Assembly (NCBI GenBank): GCA_963662655.2 | Contig: CAXXTU010000002.1 | Span: forward strand, 2,016,001 to 2,080,000 | From: Candidatus Cloacimonadales bacterium | GTDB taxonomy: Bacteria; Cloacimonadota; Cloacimonadia; Cloacimonadales; JAIOQZ01 | Length of the DNA: 64,000 nt | Direction of reading: 5' to 3' | Part shown: positions 21,494 through 30,891 of the stretch, piece by piece | How positions within the stretch are numbered: the stretch's first letter is position 1 | How the letters are laid out: each line of letters begins with the position of its first letter | Notes under the pieces: generated by a model | Databases searched by the model: none | Seen by the model: only the letters and a program-made list of their open reading frames with translations | Told to the model about the DNA's origin: nothing | Made by a program: the position numbers and the translations under genes

Positions 21494-22900
21494 TTAGAAG
21501 TAGAGGTCGCGTTCACCGTCGCGGACGCGTCCCATGCGTTTGAGAATCTCAGCCTTCGTACCTTCGTCGGCAACCTTGGTCAGTTCGTCGTCCAGAAGCG
21601 CCAGGCCAGCTTCCTTCGTTCCGCTCGAGGCGTAATCCTCGATGTATTCGAGGAACGTGAGGATGGCGTTCGGCGTGCAATAGCGTTTCACGAAGCCCGG
21701 AATGGCGAATTCCATGAAGTGTTCGCCGGTTCTGCCAAGTCGATAACACGCGGTGCAGAAAGACGGGATGTATCCGCTATGAGCGAGCTCGCCGATCACT
21801 TCGTCCAGCGAACGGTTGTCCATCAGGGCAAACTGGCTCTTGCGGAACGATCCGGCGTCCTTGGCGGCGTAGTCGCCGATGCCGATACTGGAACCGGCGT
21901 CGATCTGCGAGACGCCGTAGCGCAGCACCTCGTTGCGAATCTCGATCGGCTCACGCGCGGTGAGGATCATGCCGGTGTATGGCACCGCCAGCCGGATGAT
22001 GGCGACAAGCTTCTTGAAAGCGGCGTCGGACACGGCGTTGGGCGGCGCTTTGGTGAAATCGGTGTTGTTGGCCAGCTCGATGCGCGGGAAGGAGATGGTA
22101 TGCGGCCCGATGTTGAAGCGATCTTCGAGATGAATCGTGTGATAGAGCAGTCCCATGACCTCGAACCGCCAGTCGTAGAGCCCCATGAGCGCGCCGATGC
22201 CGAGGTCGTCGATACCGCCTTCCATGGCGCGATCAAGTCCGTAGAGCCGCCACAGGAAATCGCTCTTGGGGCCGCTCGGGTGCATCTTCTGATAGGTGGG
22301 AAGGTGGTAGGTTTCCTGGAAAATCTGGTAGGTGCCGATCCCGGCCTCTTTCACGAGCTTGTAGCCTTCCACATCCAGAGGAGCCGCATTGATATTCACG
22401 CGCCGGATCTCGCCCTTGCCCTCTTTGGTCGCGTAGACCTTCTTCACGGTGTCGTGGATGAACTGCGCGTCGTAGCGCGGGTGCTCGCCGTAAACAAGGA
22501 TCAGTCGCTTGTGGCCCTTGGTGACCAGCGAACGTACCTCGGCTTCGAGCTGCTGCATGGTGAGCGTGTTGCGGTCGGCTTCGGTGTTGGAGACGCGGAA
22601 GCCGCAGTAGACGCAGTCGTTGATGCAGTCGTTGCCGATATACAGTGGCGCGAAGAGCACGATGCGATTACCGTAGATGCGCTCCTTCAGTTCGTGCGCT
22701 CCCTCCTGAATCTCGTGAATCAAATCCTGATCCTCCGCGCCGATAAGGCAGGCGACCTCGTCCGGATCGAGACGGTTCTTGTCGAGCGACTTCTGGATGA
22801 TATCTCTCACGCGGATGCGATCGGGATTGCGGTATTCTTCAAGTAACGATTCGATCTTCCCGGTTGGGATAAACGATTCGGGTTGCGGTGTGATTTTCAT
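21494..22900 (-). CDS. hydG: [FeFe]-hydrogenase maturation radical SAM enzyme HydG
   Basis: 'FAPLYIGNDCINDCVYCG', 'FQETY', and the C-terminal CxxC-x22-C motif ('FCTACYR...RYCTPNA') that distinguishes it from ThiH. Confidence 0.95.
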   Translation of the reverse strand: MKITPQPESFIPTGKIESLLEEYRNPDRIRVRDIIQKSLDKNRLDPDEVACLIGAEDQDLIHEIQEGAHELKERIYGNRIVLFAPLYIGNDCINDCVYCGFRVSNTEADRNTLTMQQLEAEVRSLVTKGHKRLILVYGEHPRYDAQFIHDTVKKVYATKEGKGEIRRVNINAAPLDVEGYKLVKEAGIGTYQIFQETYHLPTYQKMHPSGPKSDFLWRLYGLDRAMEGGIDDLGIGALMGLYDWRFEVMGLLYHTIHLEDRFNIGPHTISFPRIELANNTDFTKAPPNAVSDAAFKKLVAIIRLAVPYTGMILTAREPIEIRNEVLRYGVSQIDAGSSIGIGDYAAKDAGSFRKSQFALMDNRSLDEVIGELAHSGYIPSFCTACYRLGRTGEHFMEFAIPGFVKRYCTPNAILTFLEYIEDYASSGTKEAGLALLDDELTKVADEGTKAEILKRMGRVRDGERDLYF

Positions 22901-22925
22901 CGATTCTCCTTTATCTCTTTTAATA

Positions 22926-23174
22926 TTATACTTTCAAGGTGTTCGCTTTGGCGGTCACAGAGGGTATCTGCCCCAGCTTGCCCGTTAACGCGCCCAGCTC
23001 GTCGGTGGTCATTTCCGTTACGAGAAAGATGACGGCGCAGTTCTTCTCGGGCATGGGGTATCCAACCCTCAGGTGGATGTATTTGGCGTAACTGTGTAAT
23101 AGTTCACTTACGGATTGGAAAGCTTTTTCGCGATCGTATACGGTAATTGAAATCAAGTGGTTTCGTTTTTGCAT
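22926..23174 (-). CDS. TM1266-family ACT-like putative iron-only hydrogenase system regulator
   Basis: 82 aa with 'LLH.Y...I..RVGYP', 'LGALTGKLGQIPSV.AK'. First gene of the hydG operon. Confidence 0.85.
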   Translation of the reverse strand: MQKRNHLISITVYDREKAFQSVSELLHSYAKYIHLRVGYPMPEKNCAVIFLVTEMTTDELGALTGKLGQIPSVTAKANTLKV

Positions 23175-23270
23175 TTAACCTCCATCAGGATGGAGGTATG
23201 ACGTTGACGTCTGCCGCCATCCCCTTAATGTCAGATTCCTTCCTTCATCGCAGGAATGGATGTGCGATTT
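23175..23270 (-). promoter_or_regulatory. Structured 5' leader of the hyd maturase operon with an SD-sequestering hairpin
   Basis: Minus-strand ACCTCCAT-cctg-ATGGAGGT 8-bp stem contains the GGAGG SD. Upstream GGGATGG can pair with the anti-SD strand. Confidence 0.45.
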
Positions 23271-23275
23271 GTATT

Positions 23276-23303
23276 AAGATAAGACACGGGCCAAATTTGT
23301 CAA
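23276..23303 (-). promoter_or_regulatory. Putative sigma70 promoter of the hyd operon
   Basis: TTGACA-16 bp-TATCTT on the minus strand. Confidence 0.5.
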
Positions 23304-23325
23304 ATGAAAAACAGAGGAGACAGAT

Positions 23326-23586
23326 ATGCGAGAGGTCGTTTTGTCCCTTCCAAAAATGGAAGGGGAACACAATCTTGAGATCGAGGTTCGTATCAACGGA
23401 AAAACCGAAAAACTGCACTATCGGGTCGAACTTGTCCAATGGGAAGAAGATACGCCTACTACCCCCGATAAGATCATGACGCTGAGACACAAGATTCAAG
23501 AATACGATAGAGACTGGAAACTCATTCAAATCGGGATTCCCGAAAAAGATAAAATCCCGCTGGTTTTTAGGAAGGTGAAGGAGTGA
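23326..23586 (+). CDS. Hypothetical protein (86 aa)
   Basis: GAGGAG RBS, protein-like composition and a terminator downstream. Confidence 0.75.
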   Translation: MREVVLSLPKMEGEHNLEIEVRINGKTEKLHYRVELVQWEEDTPTTPDKIMTLRHKIQEYDRDWKLIQIGIPEKDKIPLVFRKVKE

Positions 23587-23617
23587 AAACTCTTTCTACC
23601 GAGCGTCTACCCACGCA

Positions 23618-23652
23618 CGGCTCCCGGGGTTCTACTCGGGAGCCGCTTTCTA
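23618..23652 (+). terminator. Intrinsic terminator
   Basis: CGGCTCCCGGG / CTCGGGAGCCG stem followed by CTTTCT. Confidence 0.6.
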
Positions 23653-23666
23653 TTACAACACCGCGA

Positions 23667-23792
23667 GCCGTGAGAAGATTCCCCCGATCTACCTTTTCAC
23701 CGTGGTGTTCCACTTCATTTTTTTACGCTCGATAGTCCCAATGATGTGGTATATCCACGTTGAAAAGGTAGATCGGGCGAAGATTCCACGGC
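23667..23792. repeat. Structured dispersed element, copy 1
   Basis: Long hairpin 23683-23705 / 23755-23777. Shares GTGGTGTTCCAC, GTGGTATATCCACGTTGAA and GATCGGGCGAAGAT with the copy at 36.4 kb. Confidence 0.8.
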
Positions 23793-23883
23793 GATCGAAC
23801 AGCTATCACATCAACAAGAAAAGCCAATTTTCCCCTCTCGCTGCTTGTTCGGAATCGAATGATTTCTGTTCAGTATTGGACGC

Positions 23884-24075
23884 TCATTTCTTCGGCTTGG
23901 AATACGAGGGAATCTCATCGGCCAGAAATTCATCCACCCCCTTCCGCTTCATCTTTTGTAGATTCTTAAGATGAGCATCGCCATGCCCCACCAGCAGGAA
24001 ATCCATCTTCGAGCATTCATTGAAATCCTCGCACTCCCAGTAACCCTCATAGCCTTTCTTCTCGACACAGTACAA
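23884..24075 (-). pseudogene. Probable 5'-truncated Cys-rich DUF3795-like remnant
   Basis: 'CVEKKG...WECEDF.EC.K...HGDAHLKNL' resembles the C-terminal half of DUF3795 proteins. No clear N-terminal part or RBS. Confidence 0.45.
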
Positions 24076-24253
24076 TCAACATGGAGCAATTGGTTTTCTT
24101 GAATCACTCATTCTTACGCCTCAATAAGCCCGAATAACGGTTTTGTAATGGTTCTTGACAAGATAATCGTTCTCGTGTATTTGGAATTTACCATGCATTC
24201 CACCATGTGAGAATTTTTAAAAAACCCGTATTGACCATCAACCGGAAACAAAG

Positions 24254-26428
24254 GTGGATTCATTGAAAAAGTTATTGGTAATTGCTTTGTTTATTTTATC
24301 CCTTTGCGCTCTGATTGCGAAAGTCGAAATCCCCATCACCAGGGTGGATCGGCCTATGGTTATCGATGGCTCGGAAAGCGACTGGCGGAACATTGAACCT
24401 CTTCCGCAGCCGACGACCTACACACCCGTCGAAGGGAAAGAACCTCAATTCGCGACCGATACCCGTATCGCGTACGACAAGGACTATTTCTACATCATCT
24501 TCATCGCGCAAATCGATGATCCCGACGATCTGCTGGCCACGGTCGCAACGAGGGAGAATTGGAACAACAACGAGCAGGTTGTCTTCGCGCTGGATGTGTT
24601 CAATTCAGATCGCGGCGCATACCTCTTCAACTTCAATCCCTATGCGAATCCCAAGGACTGGATTTCATCGGCTTCAGGAACCTCTGATCAGAACTGGGAC
24701 ATTCCTCTGAAATCGAAGTCGCAGATTCATCAAGATCGATTTGTGGTCGAAGCGGCGATACCCTTCGCATCTCTCCCGTTTGACGACAGCCAGGACGAGC
24801 AACGTTGGGGATTTTACTACTTCCGGCTGGATAAGAAGCACAACGAGCAATCGGTCTATCCTCCCAGGACATCCAAGTTGCAGAACATCTACGCCCAATC
24901 GGGCGTTCTCAAGGGACTGCAGGGCATCAAATCGGGACAGCAGCTCGAACTGCTCCCCTACGTGTTCTCGTCGTACATTCACAACGAGAAGGACTGGGAA
25001 TACGACGGCGGTATCGACGCCTCTTATTCACTGGATTCCCACATGACGCTTTCCGCCACAATAAATCCCGATTACTCCCAAATCGAAGCCGATCCGATGA
25101 ACATCGACATCAACCAGCGGGATCCACAATGGCTGGAAGAAAAGCGTCCCTTCTTCACCCGGGGAATGGACTTCTTCTACACGGATATCTTCAGCCTCGT
25201 CTACACCCGTAACATCGAAAACCCCATCGCAGGCTTTAAACTGAGCGGTAAATACCCATCCGCGTCCATCGGGTTCGTCTCCGCGTACGACGAAGGGAAG
25301 CACGGCGAGAAAAAGGACGTCTACAACCTCTTCCGATACAGGAAAGACATCCTCGAAGAATCGACCGTCGGCGTTTTAATCACCGACCGCGAGGATATGG
25401 CCTCATCCGGCTTCAATCGAGTCGGTGCCGTGGACGGGTTCTTCTCACTTCCGATGAACATCCGCATCAAGACCCAAACAGCGTATAGCCAGGACAGCCT
25501 GACCGCCGTTCCGTACTACATGGATCGTGACGGATTCGAAACCGGCTGGGCGCATCATACCAAACTGGAGTACACCAGCGAGCACAACGGTGGCGATGTC
25601 TTTTTCGAGGTTATCGAGAAAAACTTTGAGCCCGGCTCGGGATACATGAGCTACTACGATAAAAACATGTACATGTTGGGCGCATACTGCAGAAACGATA
25701 TCCTGGATGCCAACACGCTCTGGGAAGAAGTGACGCTGAATTATGGCATCAAGAACAAGTATGACCTTGAGAACAATCCCACCAATCAATACGCATGGTC
25801 GAGCCTCTACTTCGAATGGAAGAACGTTGCGAACTCCGAGATTACGATCGACGTCAACAACGAAACCGACGATTACTACGATGAAAACGGCGACTTCCAA
25901 TCCAGTGAATTCAGTACCGTCCGCTACTCGTTCTCGAACTGGAAGATGTTCTCCGGTTCCTTCAACGCGTGGCTCAACGGCTCGTTCGGAACATCGCCGT
26001 ATTTCGGGTCTGCCTGCAATCCTGCATTCAAAGGTTGGTCCTATTATGCCGAATTCGGCTTCAGTCTCGATCTATTCGACCGCTTAGCTATCAGGCCCAG
26101 CATCCAATACACCGATTTCTACATGGATACGATGGATCAACGGGTGTACCAGTGGTACAAGCTGTACAACAAAATTACCTTCTTGCTCTCGCAAGACCTC
26201 TACATTCGCAACATCACGCAAGGCATATATCAGGAAGAATACTACCCGTGGTCGGATGCATCGCCGGAGCATTTCACAGCCTACTCCAACAGTTTGTTGT
26301 TGACCTGGGAGTACAGCCCCCTCAGTAATGTGTATGTCGGGGTGAATTTCGTAGATTTCGACCGCTGGGACAATGTCGCCGAAAATACCCAGATTTTCTT
26401 CAAAGGAAATTACCTGTGGTCGCTTTAA
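24254..26428 (+). CDS. Outer-membrane protein with CBM9-like N-terminus and DUF5916-like barrel
   Basis: Signal peptide, 'IDG...W', 'VVEAAIPF', 'ATINPDYSQIEAD...EKRPFF', aromatic C-terminal strand 'FFKGNYLW'. Confidence 0.8.
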   Translation: MDSLKKLLVIALFILSLCALIAKVEIPITRVDRPMVIDGSESDWRNIEPLPQPTTYTPVEGKEPQFATDTRIAYDKDYFYIIFIAQIDDPDDLLATVATRENWNNNEQVVFALDVFNSDRGAYLFNFNPYANPKDWISSASGTSDQNWDIPLKSKSQIHQDRFVVEAAIPFASLPFDDSQDEQRWGFYYFRLDKKHNEQSVYPPRTSKLQNIYAQSGVLKGLQGIKSGQQLELLPYVFSSYIHNEKDWEYDGGIDASYSLDSHMTLSATINPDYSQIEADPMNIDINQRDPQWLEEKRPFFTRGMDFFYTDIFSLVYTRNIENPIAGFKLSGKYPSASIGFVSAYDEGKHGEKKDVYNLFRYRKDILEESTVGVLITDREDMASSGFNRVGAVDGFFSLPMNIRIKTQTAYSQDSLTAVPYYMDRDGFETGWAHHTKLEYTSEHNGGDVFFEVIEKNFEPGSGYMSYYDKNMYMLGAYCRNDILDANTLWEEVTLNYGIKNKYDLENNPTNQYAWSSLYFEWKNVANSEITIDVNNETDDYYDENGDFQSSEFSTVRYSFSNWKMFSGSFNAWLNGSFGTSPYFGSACNPAFKGWSYYAEFGFSLDLFDRLAIRPSIQYTDFYMDTMDQRVYQWYKLYNKITFLLSQDLYIRNITQGIYQEEYYPWSDASPEHFTAYSNSLLLTWEYSPLSNVYVGVNFVDFDRWDNVAENTQIFFKGNYLWSL

Positions 26429-26470
26429 TGTCTGTACATTGTGAATAAGTAGTTGTATAGAAAACGATTG

Positions 26471-26510
26471 CACCCGATTTCGCCTTAAGCGAGATCGGGT
26501 GTTTCATTTT
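26471..26510. terminator. Terminator hairpin between convergent genes
   Basis: CACCCGATTTCGC / GCGAGATCGGGTG stem followed by TTTCATTTT. Confidence 0.65.
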
Positions 26511-27313
26511 TACAGATACTGTAATGGTTCTTCCCCGTCAACACCTGCCAGTAATTCGATGTACGGTTTCACGGGGCTCGACGCGATCTTGGTGAACAGG
26601 ACTTCCTCCACCTGGAAGAATCCAACCGATTGCGTCATCTTCACCATGATGCGGATGGGCTTTTCCTCCCCTTTGGAGATAATCACTTTATGGATCTCTC
26701 CCGCAGAATAACGGTGGATATCCCCTACGCGCGGATCGTTGCGAATCAATTGCGGAATTCTCGCTCTCCCCTTTTCCATGTCGCAACCGTCTCCGATCAG
26801 CACTAGTCCGGCCTCGAGCGTGTGGATCTTCTTGGTTGCCATGTGTCCTAGGATTCCCTCTGCAATCAGCGAACGCATGATAACGATCTTGTGTAAATCG
26901 TTCGGATAGATATCTTTGAGAATTCGTTCCGTGATGGGCATCGCCAGAACAACGCTCATCTGCTCATGAGAGTCACGAGCCACCGTCATACCGAAATCGT
27001 GGAACATGGAAGCCATCAACACCGCAATGCTGCTGTCTTCTACGGTACCGATACCTTCTTTTTCGAGATTGAATTGAATGCCGGCTTCATGGAGCAGGCT
27101 GAACATCTTCATCGCATTCAGCGCCGAAACCCGCATGTGTACGGGGCCGTGATCGTTGAATCCAAGCCGGCGAATGGACACGACATTCGCATAGTCGTGC
27201 ATCTCCTGAATCTCAGGATCGGCGAATATCATATTCGCCACGTCTCGCGCCTTCCCTTCCAATATTTTGAGCAGCTCTCGCTCTAGCGCGACTTGTTTTT
27301 GTGATTTTTTCAT
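26510..27313 (-). CDS. HD-superfamily metal-dependent phosphohydrolase
   Basis: 'DHGPVH', 'HDFGM', 'GDGCDMEKGRAR'. ATG 27313 has a GAGGT RBS (the ORF extends to 27361). Confidence 0.85.
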   Translation of the reverse strand: MKKSQKQVALERELLKILEGKARDVANMIFADPEIQEMHDYANVVSIRRLGFNDHGPVHMRVSALNAMKMFSLLHEAGIQFNLEKEGIGTVEDSSIAVLMASMFHDFGMTVARDSHEQMSVVLAMPITERILKDIYPNDLHKIVIMRSLIAEGILGHMATKKIHTLEAGLVLIGDGCDMEKGRARIPQLIRNDPRVGDIHRYSAGEIHKVIISKGEEKPIRIMVKMTQSVGFFQVEEVLFTKIASSPVKPYIELLAGVDGEEPLQYL

Positions 27314-27367
27314 CTTTTTTACCTCGTCGGATAAGTTACCCAAAGCGGTATTATACGTCAAATTAAA

Positions 27368-28582
27368 TCACAACTGCAAGGATTGATTCAACTGCCTGCG
27401 GATCAGCAAGCGGTTCAGCAGGATAACAAAAACGAGTAGCGCAGCCGCGGAATACCACGTCACATTCTGGATGCCCAACGATCCCGACATGCCGTATTTC
27501 ATCAGTAGTGTAGCGATGAAATCCTGTAACAGCATCATGGCTGCGAAGGAGATAACGAGCGTGAGTGCGAAAATGAGCGACAACCGGCGAAACAGCCAGC
27601 AGAAGATTTTCCCGTGCCGATAACCAAGCAGGAACAAGAGGCGGATGTCCTTCTCCGAGCGCTTCATGTACAGCCGGATGCTCAGCACGTACATACCGAT
27701 AGCCAGAAGCAATATCAGTCCACCCATGATACCGGTGAAGAGAAAGGCAAATCGAACGAACACCCGTATTTTCCCAGCTGGTGACGCTCCGGAGACAATC
27801 TCGAGATCCTTCTGCTCAAGAAACGCGTGAAGCTCTTTCGAATCGGGATTGGAGACTTCGAGAATCAGTTTGCGGATGTCTGTCCTGCTTCCCGGAGCAT
27901 AGGTGACGTTCGCCCACTGTAAGAAGCTCTCGGGGACTATGATCGATTGAATCCTGTTGGTGAATCCGCACACCTTCGCGCGGTAATCGACGGAGCCTTC
28001 GTCCGTATCGATCTGTATCCCGATAGGGAATTTCTTGATGGTTTCCGGCGTGATTCGCGGTAGTCCCCTCGCCGGGGCGAAGCCGAAATTGTACATCGTT
28101 AAAAAGTCGTTGGGGATGATGATCGGGATCGTTTTCGAATCCGTGTCCCACCGCCAGCTCTCGTCAGTCTGATCGAGGAAGCGGTCCGGCACCGATTCGA
28201 AGAACATCTCCGTGTAATAGTTGCCCATAACCGCGCCAAGCCGGACGTATGCGTTAAGCTCGAAGTGGTTCTTGCGGAATATCCCTACATCGCGAACAGA
28301 GGGGATATCAGCCAATTCGTGGATCGTCTCTTCGGTGATTTCGGCAACGCGGCGCGATTCGTCGATCTTACCCGCGATAAGAACGGTCTCATTGCGGTCC
28401 AGCGCGCTGTCGGATGCGAGGATGTCGCCGACGTCGAAGTAGAACTCCAGGGAAAGCAGCATCAAGAGCATCCCCAGGAACACACCTGCAACCACGCTGG
28501 CGAATTCCATTCCCCGGAAACCGGATGAAAGAATGCGGCTGAGCGGATCAGAGCGCCAGAACATGATCGAAGCACTCCTCAT
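27368..28582 (-). CDS. FtsX-like ABC transporter permease
   Basis: 1+3 TM topology, 'MYNFGFA...GLP', 'LLGY'. Adjacent to an ABC ATPase. Confidence 0.75.
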   Translation of the reverse strand: MRSASIMFWRSDPLSRILSSGFRGMEFASVVAGVFLGMLLMLLSLEFYFDVGDILASDSALDRNETVLIAGKIDESRRVAEITEETIHELADIPSVRDVGIFRKNHFELNAYVRLGAVMGNYYTEMFFESVPDRFLDQTDESWRWDTDSKTIPIIIPNDFLTMYNFGFAPARGLPRITPETIKKFPIGIQIDTDEGSVDYRAKVCGFTNRIQSIIVPESFLQWANVTYAPGSRTDIRKLILEVSNPDSKELHAFLEQKDLEIVSGASPAGKIRVFVRFAFLFTGIMGGLILLLAIGMYVLSIRLYMKRSEKDIRLLFLLGYRHGKIFCWLFRRLSLIFALTLVISFAAMMLLQDFIATLLMKYGMSGSLGIQNVTWYSAAALLVFVILLNRLLIRRQLNQSLQL

Positions 28583-29180
28583 CGAGCCGCAGGAGGCCCG
28601 TCATGATGAATCCGGCCCTGCGCTCTTCGCACTGCTGTCTTATCAGTTGAAAAGCCGTATCGCCGTTCGCTTCGTCCAGGTGGCTCAACGGCTCGTCGAG
28701 CAGTAGCAGTGAAAACGGCTGGCACATTGCCCGGATAATTGCCAGACGTTGCCTCTCACCCAGGGAGAGGCTTCCGCATGGTCTGTCCATTCTCTCACGG
28801 ATTCCAAGCGTATCCGCCATCTCCAGCGCATCGCCGATATCCGAGCCGGTAAGATCGGCCTTGATGCGAATATTATCGAGCGCTGAGAGGTTCTCGAAAA
28901 GCTTCAAATCCTGGAAGACAATCGAAATCCGGTCACGTCTGATGTCGCTCCATTCCTTTTGGGTAAACGTTGCGACATCCCTTCCGTCATAAGCGATTCT
29001 ACCTGAGAAATCCCGGTGATTTCCGTAGAGGATATTGATCAGCGACGACTTCCCTTTACCCGAGACGCTGTAAACGTAAGCGTTCTGGCCGGACTCGATG
29101 GCTATATCGCGATCCCATACCTCGCTATCGCCGTTCGATTCGAGATAGCGAGGCAGGATCGACGCAAGATGCAGATTCAA
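28548..29180 (-). CDS. ABC transporter ATP-binding protein
   Basis: 'SGKGKS', 'FQD', 'LSLGERQR', 'LLLLDEP'. Confidence 0.9.
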   Translation of the reverse strand: MNLHLASILPRYLESNGDSEVWDRDIAIESGQNAYVYSVSGKGKSSLINILYGNHRDFSGRIAYDGRDVATFTQKEWSDIRRDRISIVFQDLKLFENLSALDNIRIKADLTGSDIGDALEMADTLGIRERMDRPCGSLSLGERQRLAIIRAMCQPFSLLLLDEPLSHLDEANGDTAFQLIRQQCEERRAGFIMTGLLRLDEECFDHVLAL

Positions 29181-29183
29181 ATG

Positions 29184-30767
29184 TTATTCTTCCGAAGCGG
29201 TAACGACGAGCTGTATGATCTGATGCAGACTGTTCTTTGTCGTATCGTTCATCGTAATCTCGAGATAGCCATGCTCGTTTTCGTACTTGTACGTCATGGT
29301 GCCGAGGTACTTTTTCATCGTCTCGACCCAGAGATGATTATCGTCATCCATCTCACCCTTGTTGATATAGTCCATGAATTTACTCAGATCGAAGGTCATG
29401 TAAACCGGGAGCTTTCCGATTTTCCCTCGTTCTTCTGCCGGAAGCGGGTTCTCGTTTTTACCGGCCACTAGCTTCTTCATCATCTCCTCGGACGACGTAA
29501 TCATGAGAATGCCGTTCTCGACGTGGAAATACTGTTTTTCTTCGTCGGTCTCGATGCCTTTGTAGCCTTCTCTTTCAAGGAAGCCGCCCAGGAGCTCTCC
29601 CACGGTGGCTTGTACTTTATCGAAAGATTTCTGATCGCCAATCCTCGCAAAGAGAGACATATAGGGATCGCCATCCACAGGCTGGTTGATTACGGTTATC
29701 ATATCACCGGCAAACGCGTCGTAGATGTTGTCGTAGGTGAGGTTGAATTTGGCCATGTAGATCATGCCAAGCGCTATCACGCCGGCATAGTCTTCTATCT
29801 TCTGAATGTCGTCAACCATGGTTCGCATGAAGGTTGGGAAATCGAGTGCGCTCGAGACGAGCATCAGCGCTTCGCCTTCCACCTGCACGACGTCGATGAG
29901 ATCGGAATCGATCCCGGACTTATACAGTTTGGTATACTTCTGCGAGAACGCGGAAAGGGAATCGCCAAGCTCGTACCAGCTATCGGCGGTGATTTTGCCG
30001 TTCTCGAAGTTCATGACCGCGTTGACATAGTTGTCTTCGTTCTTCAGGGTCCGAAGGTCGTAGATATCCGAGTAATCCCAGGGAATGTTCGGGATGGGGA
30101 GGTATCTCATGTTCATCCACATGCGGATGTCCTCGGAGCGAGCAAGCATCGAACCGAGGTTCTGGTCCTTGGTGAATTCAGGCTTGCCTTGCTGATTGAA
30201 CACCTTGTCCATCAGGTTGAGGATATCGTTTTCATCGGCGCTTTCGAGCATATTGTATTCATCGAAGTCTTCCGGCGTAAGGATCGCGAGAACGTTTTCG
30301 TTCGTCCAGCCAACGCAGAGGTCGCCTCCGTCTGTAAACGTATAACGATAAGTTCCCGTATCGTAGATCGAATCCGCTTCCGAGATTGTTTTGAGGGTGT
30401 TTTCATACATCTCGGGGTCCATGAGGGAGAACGCCAGCCCGAAGAGGGTCTTGTTCTGCGGAGCCACGCCGAAGAAGCACGCGTTTTTCTTCGCGTCGAC
30501 ACCCGCGAGATCGAGGTTCATCGCGAGCTTGGTCAGGTGAGATTGCTCGCCGGTTGACTGGATGTTCGCGAGGTCCATTTTCTCCTGGATCTTCGGCACA
30601 TCGAATACCACGATCATGAATGTGCTATCGGGAAGCAGGGGGAGCTGCATCACGATATCTTTCTGAGAGATTGCCGGGCCGCCTTTTGCGTCCTTGCAGC
30701 TTACAAACGAGAAGCTCATGATACCGAGTATCATGACTGTCAGGATTGCTATCCAAAACTTTTTCAT
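29184..30767 (-). CDS. Lipoprotein, DUF4836-like
   Basis: Lipobox 'FVSC' and C-terminal 'KNSLHQII'. Lipoprotein-ATPase-permease order. Confidence 0.6.
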   Translation of the reverse strand: MKKFWIAILTVMILGIMSFSFVSCKDAKGGPAISQKDIVMQLPLLPDSTFMIVVFDVPKIQEKMDLANIQSTGEQSHLTKLAMNLDLAGVDAKKNACFFGVAPQNKTLFGLAFSLMDPEMYENTLKTISEADSIYDTGTYRYTFTDGGDLCVGWTNENVLAILTPEDFDEYNMLESADENDILNLMDKVFNQQGKPEFTKDQNLGSMLARSEDIRMWMNMRYLPIPNIPWDYSDIYDLRTLKNEDNYVNAVMNFENGKITADSWYELGDSLSAFSQKYTKLYKSGIDSDLIDVVQVEGEALMLVSSALDFPTFMRTMVDDIQKIEDYAGVIALGMIYMAKFNLTYDNIYDAFAGDMITVINQPVDGDPYMSLFARIGDQKSFDKVQATVGELLGGFLEREGYKGIETDEEKQYFHVENGILMITSSEEMMKKLVAGKNENPLPAEERGKIGKLPVYMTFDLSKFMDYINKGEMDDDNHLWVETMKKYLGTMTYKYENEHGYLEITMNDTTKNSLHQIIQLVVTASEE

Positions 30768-30891
30768 ACGATCTCCTTATGGTGATTAAAATGTTATTCT
30801 TTCATCAATAAAGCATTTCTGCATGCACTTCGTCATGCTGTTCATCGATTTATTTTTGTAAAGTAATTAAACACATTGTGGTGGTTGAGTC

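Noticed and set aside
21473..22846. 457-aa + strand ORF
   Set aside because: Antisense shadow of hydG caused by codon bias, with no motifs.
21494..22900. thiH annotation
   Set aside because: The C-terminal CxxC-x22-C motif and hydE/hydF context indicate HydG.
23195..23230. SAM-III (SMK) riboswitch, suggested by GGAUGGCGG on the minus strand
   Set aside because: The conserved CCCGAAAGG and CCUUGUAAC...GGGG cores are absent.
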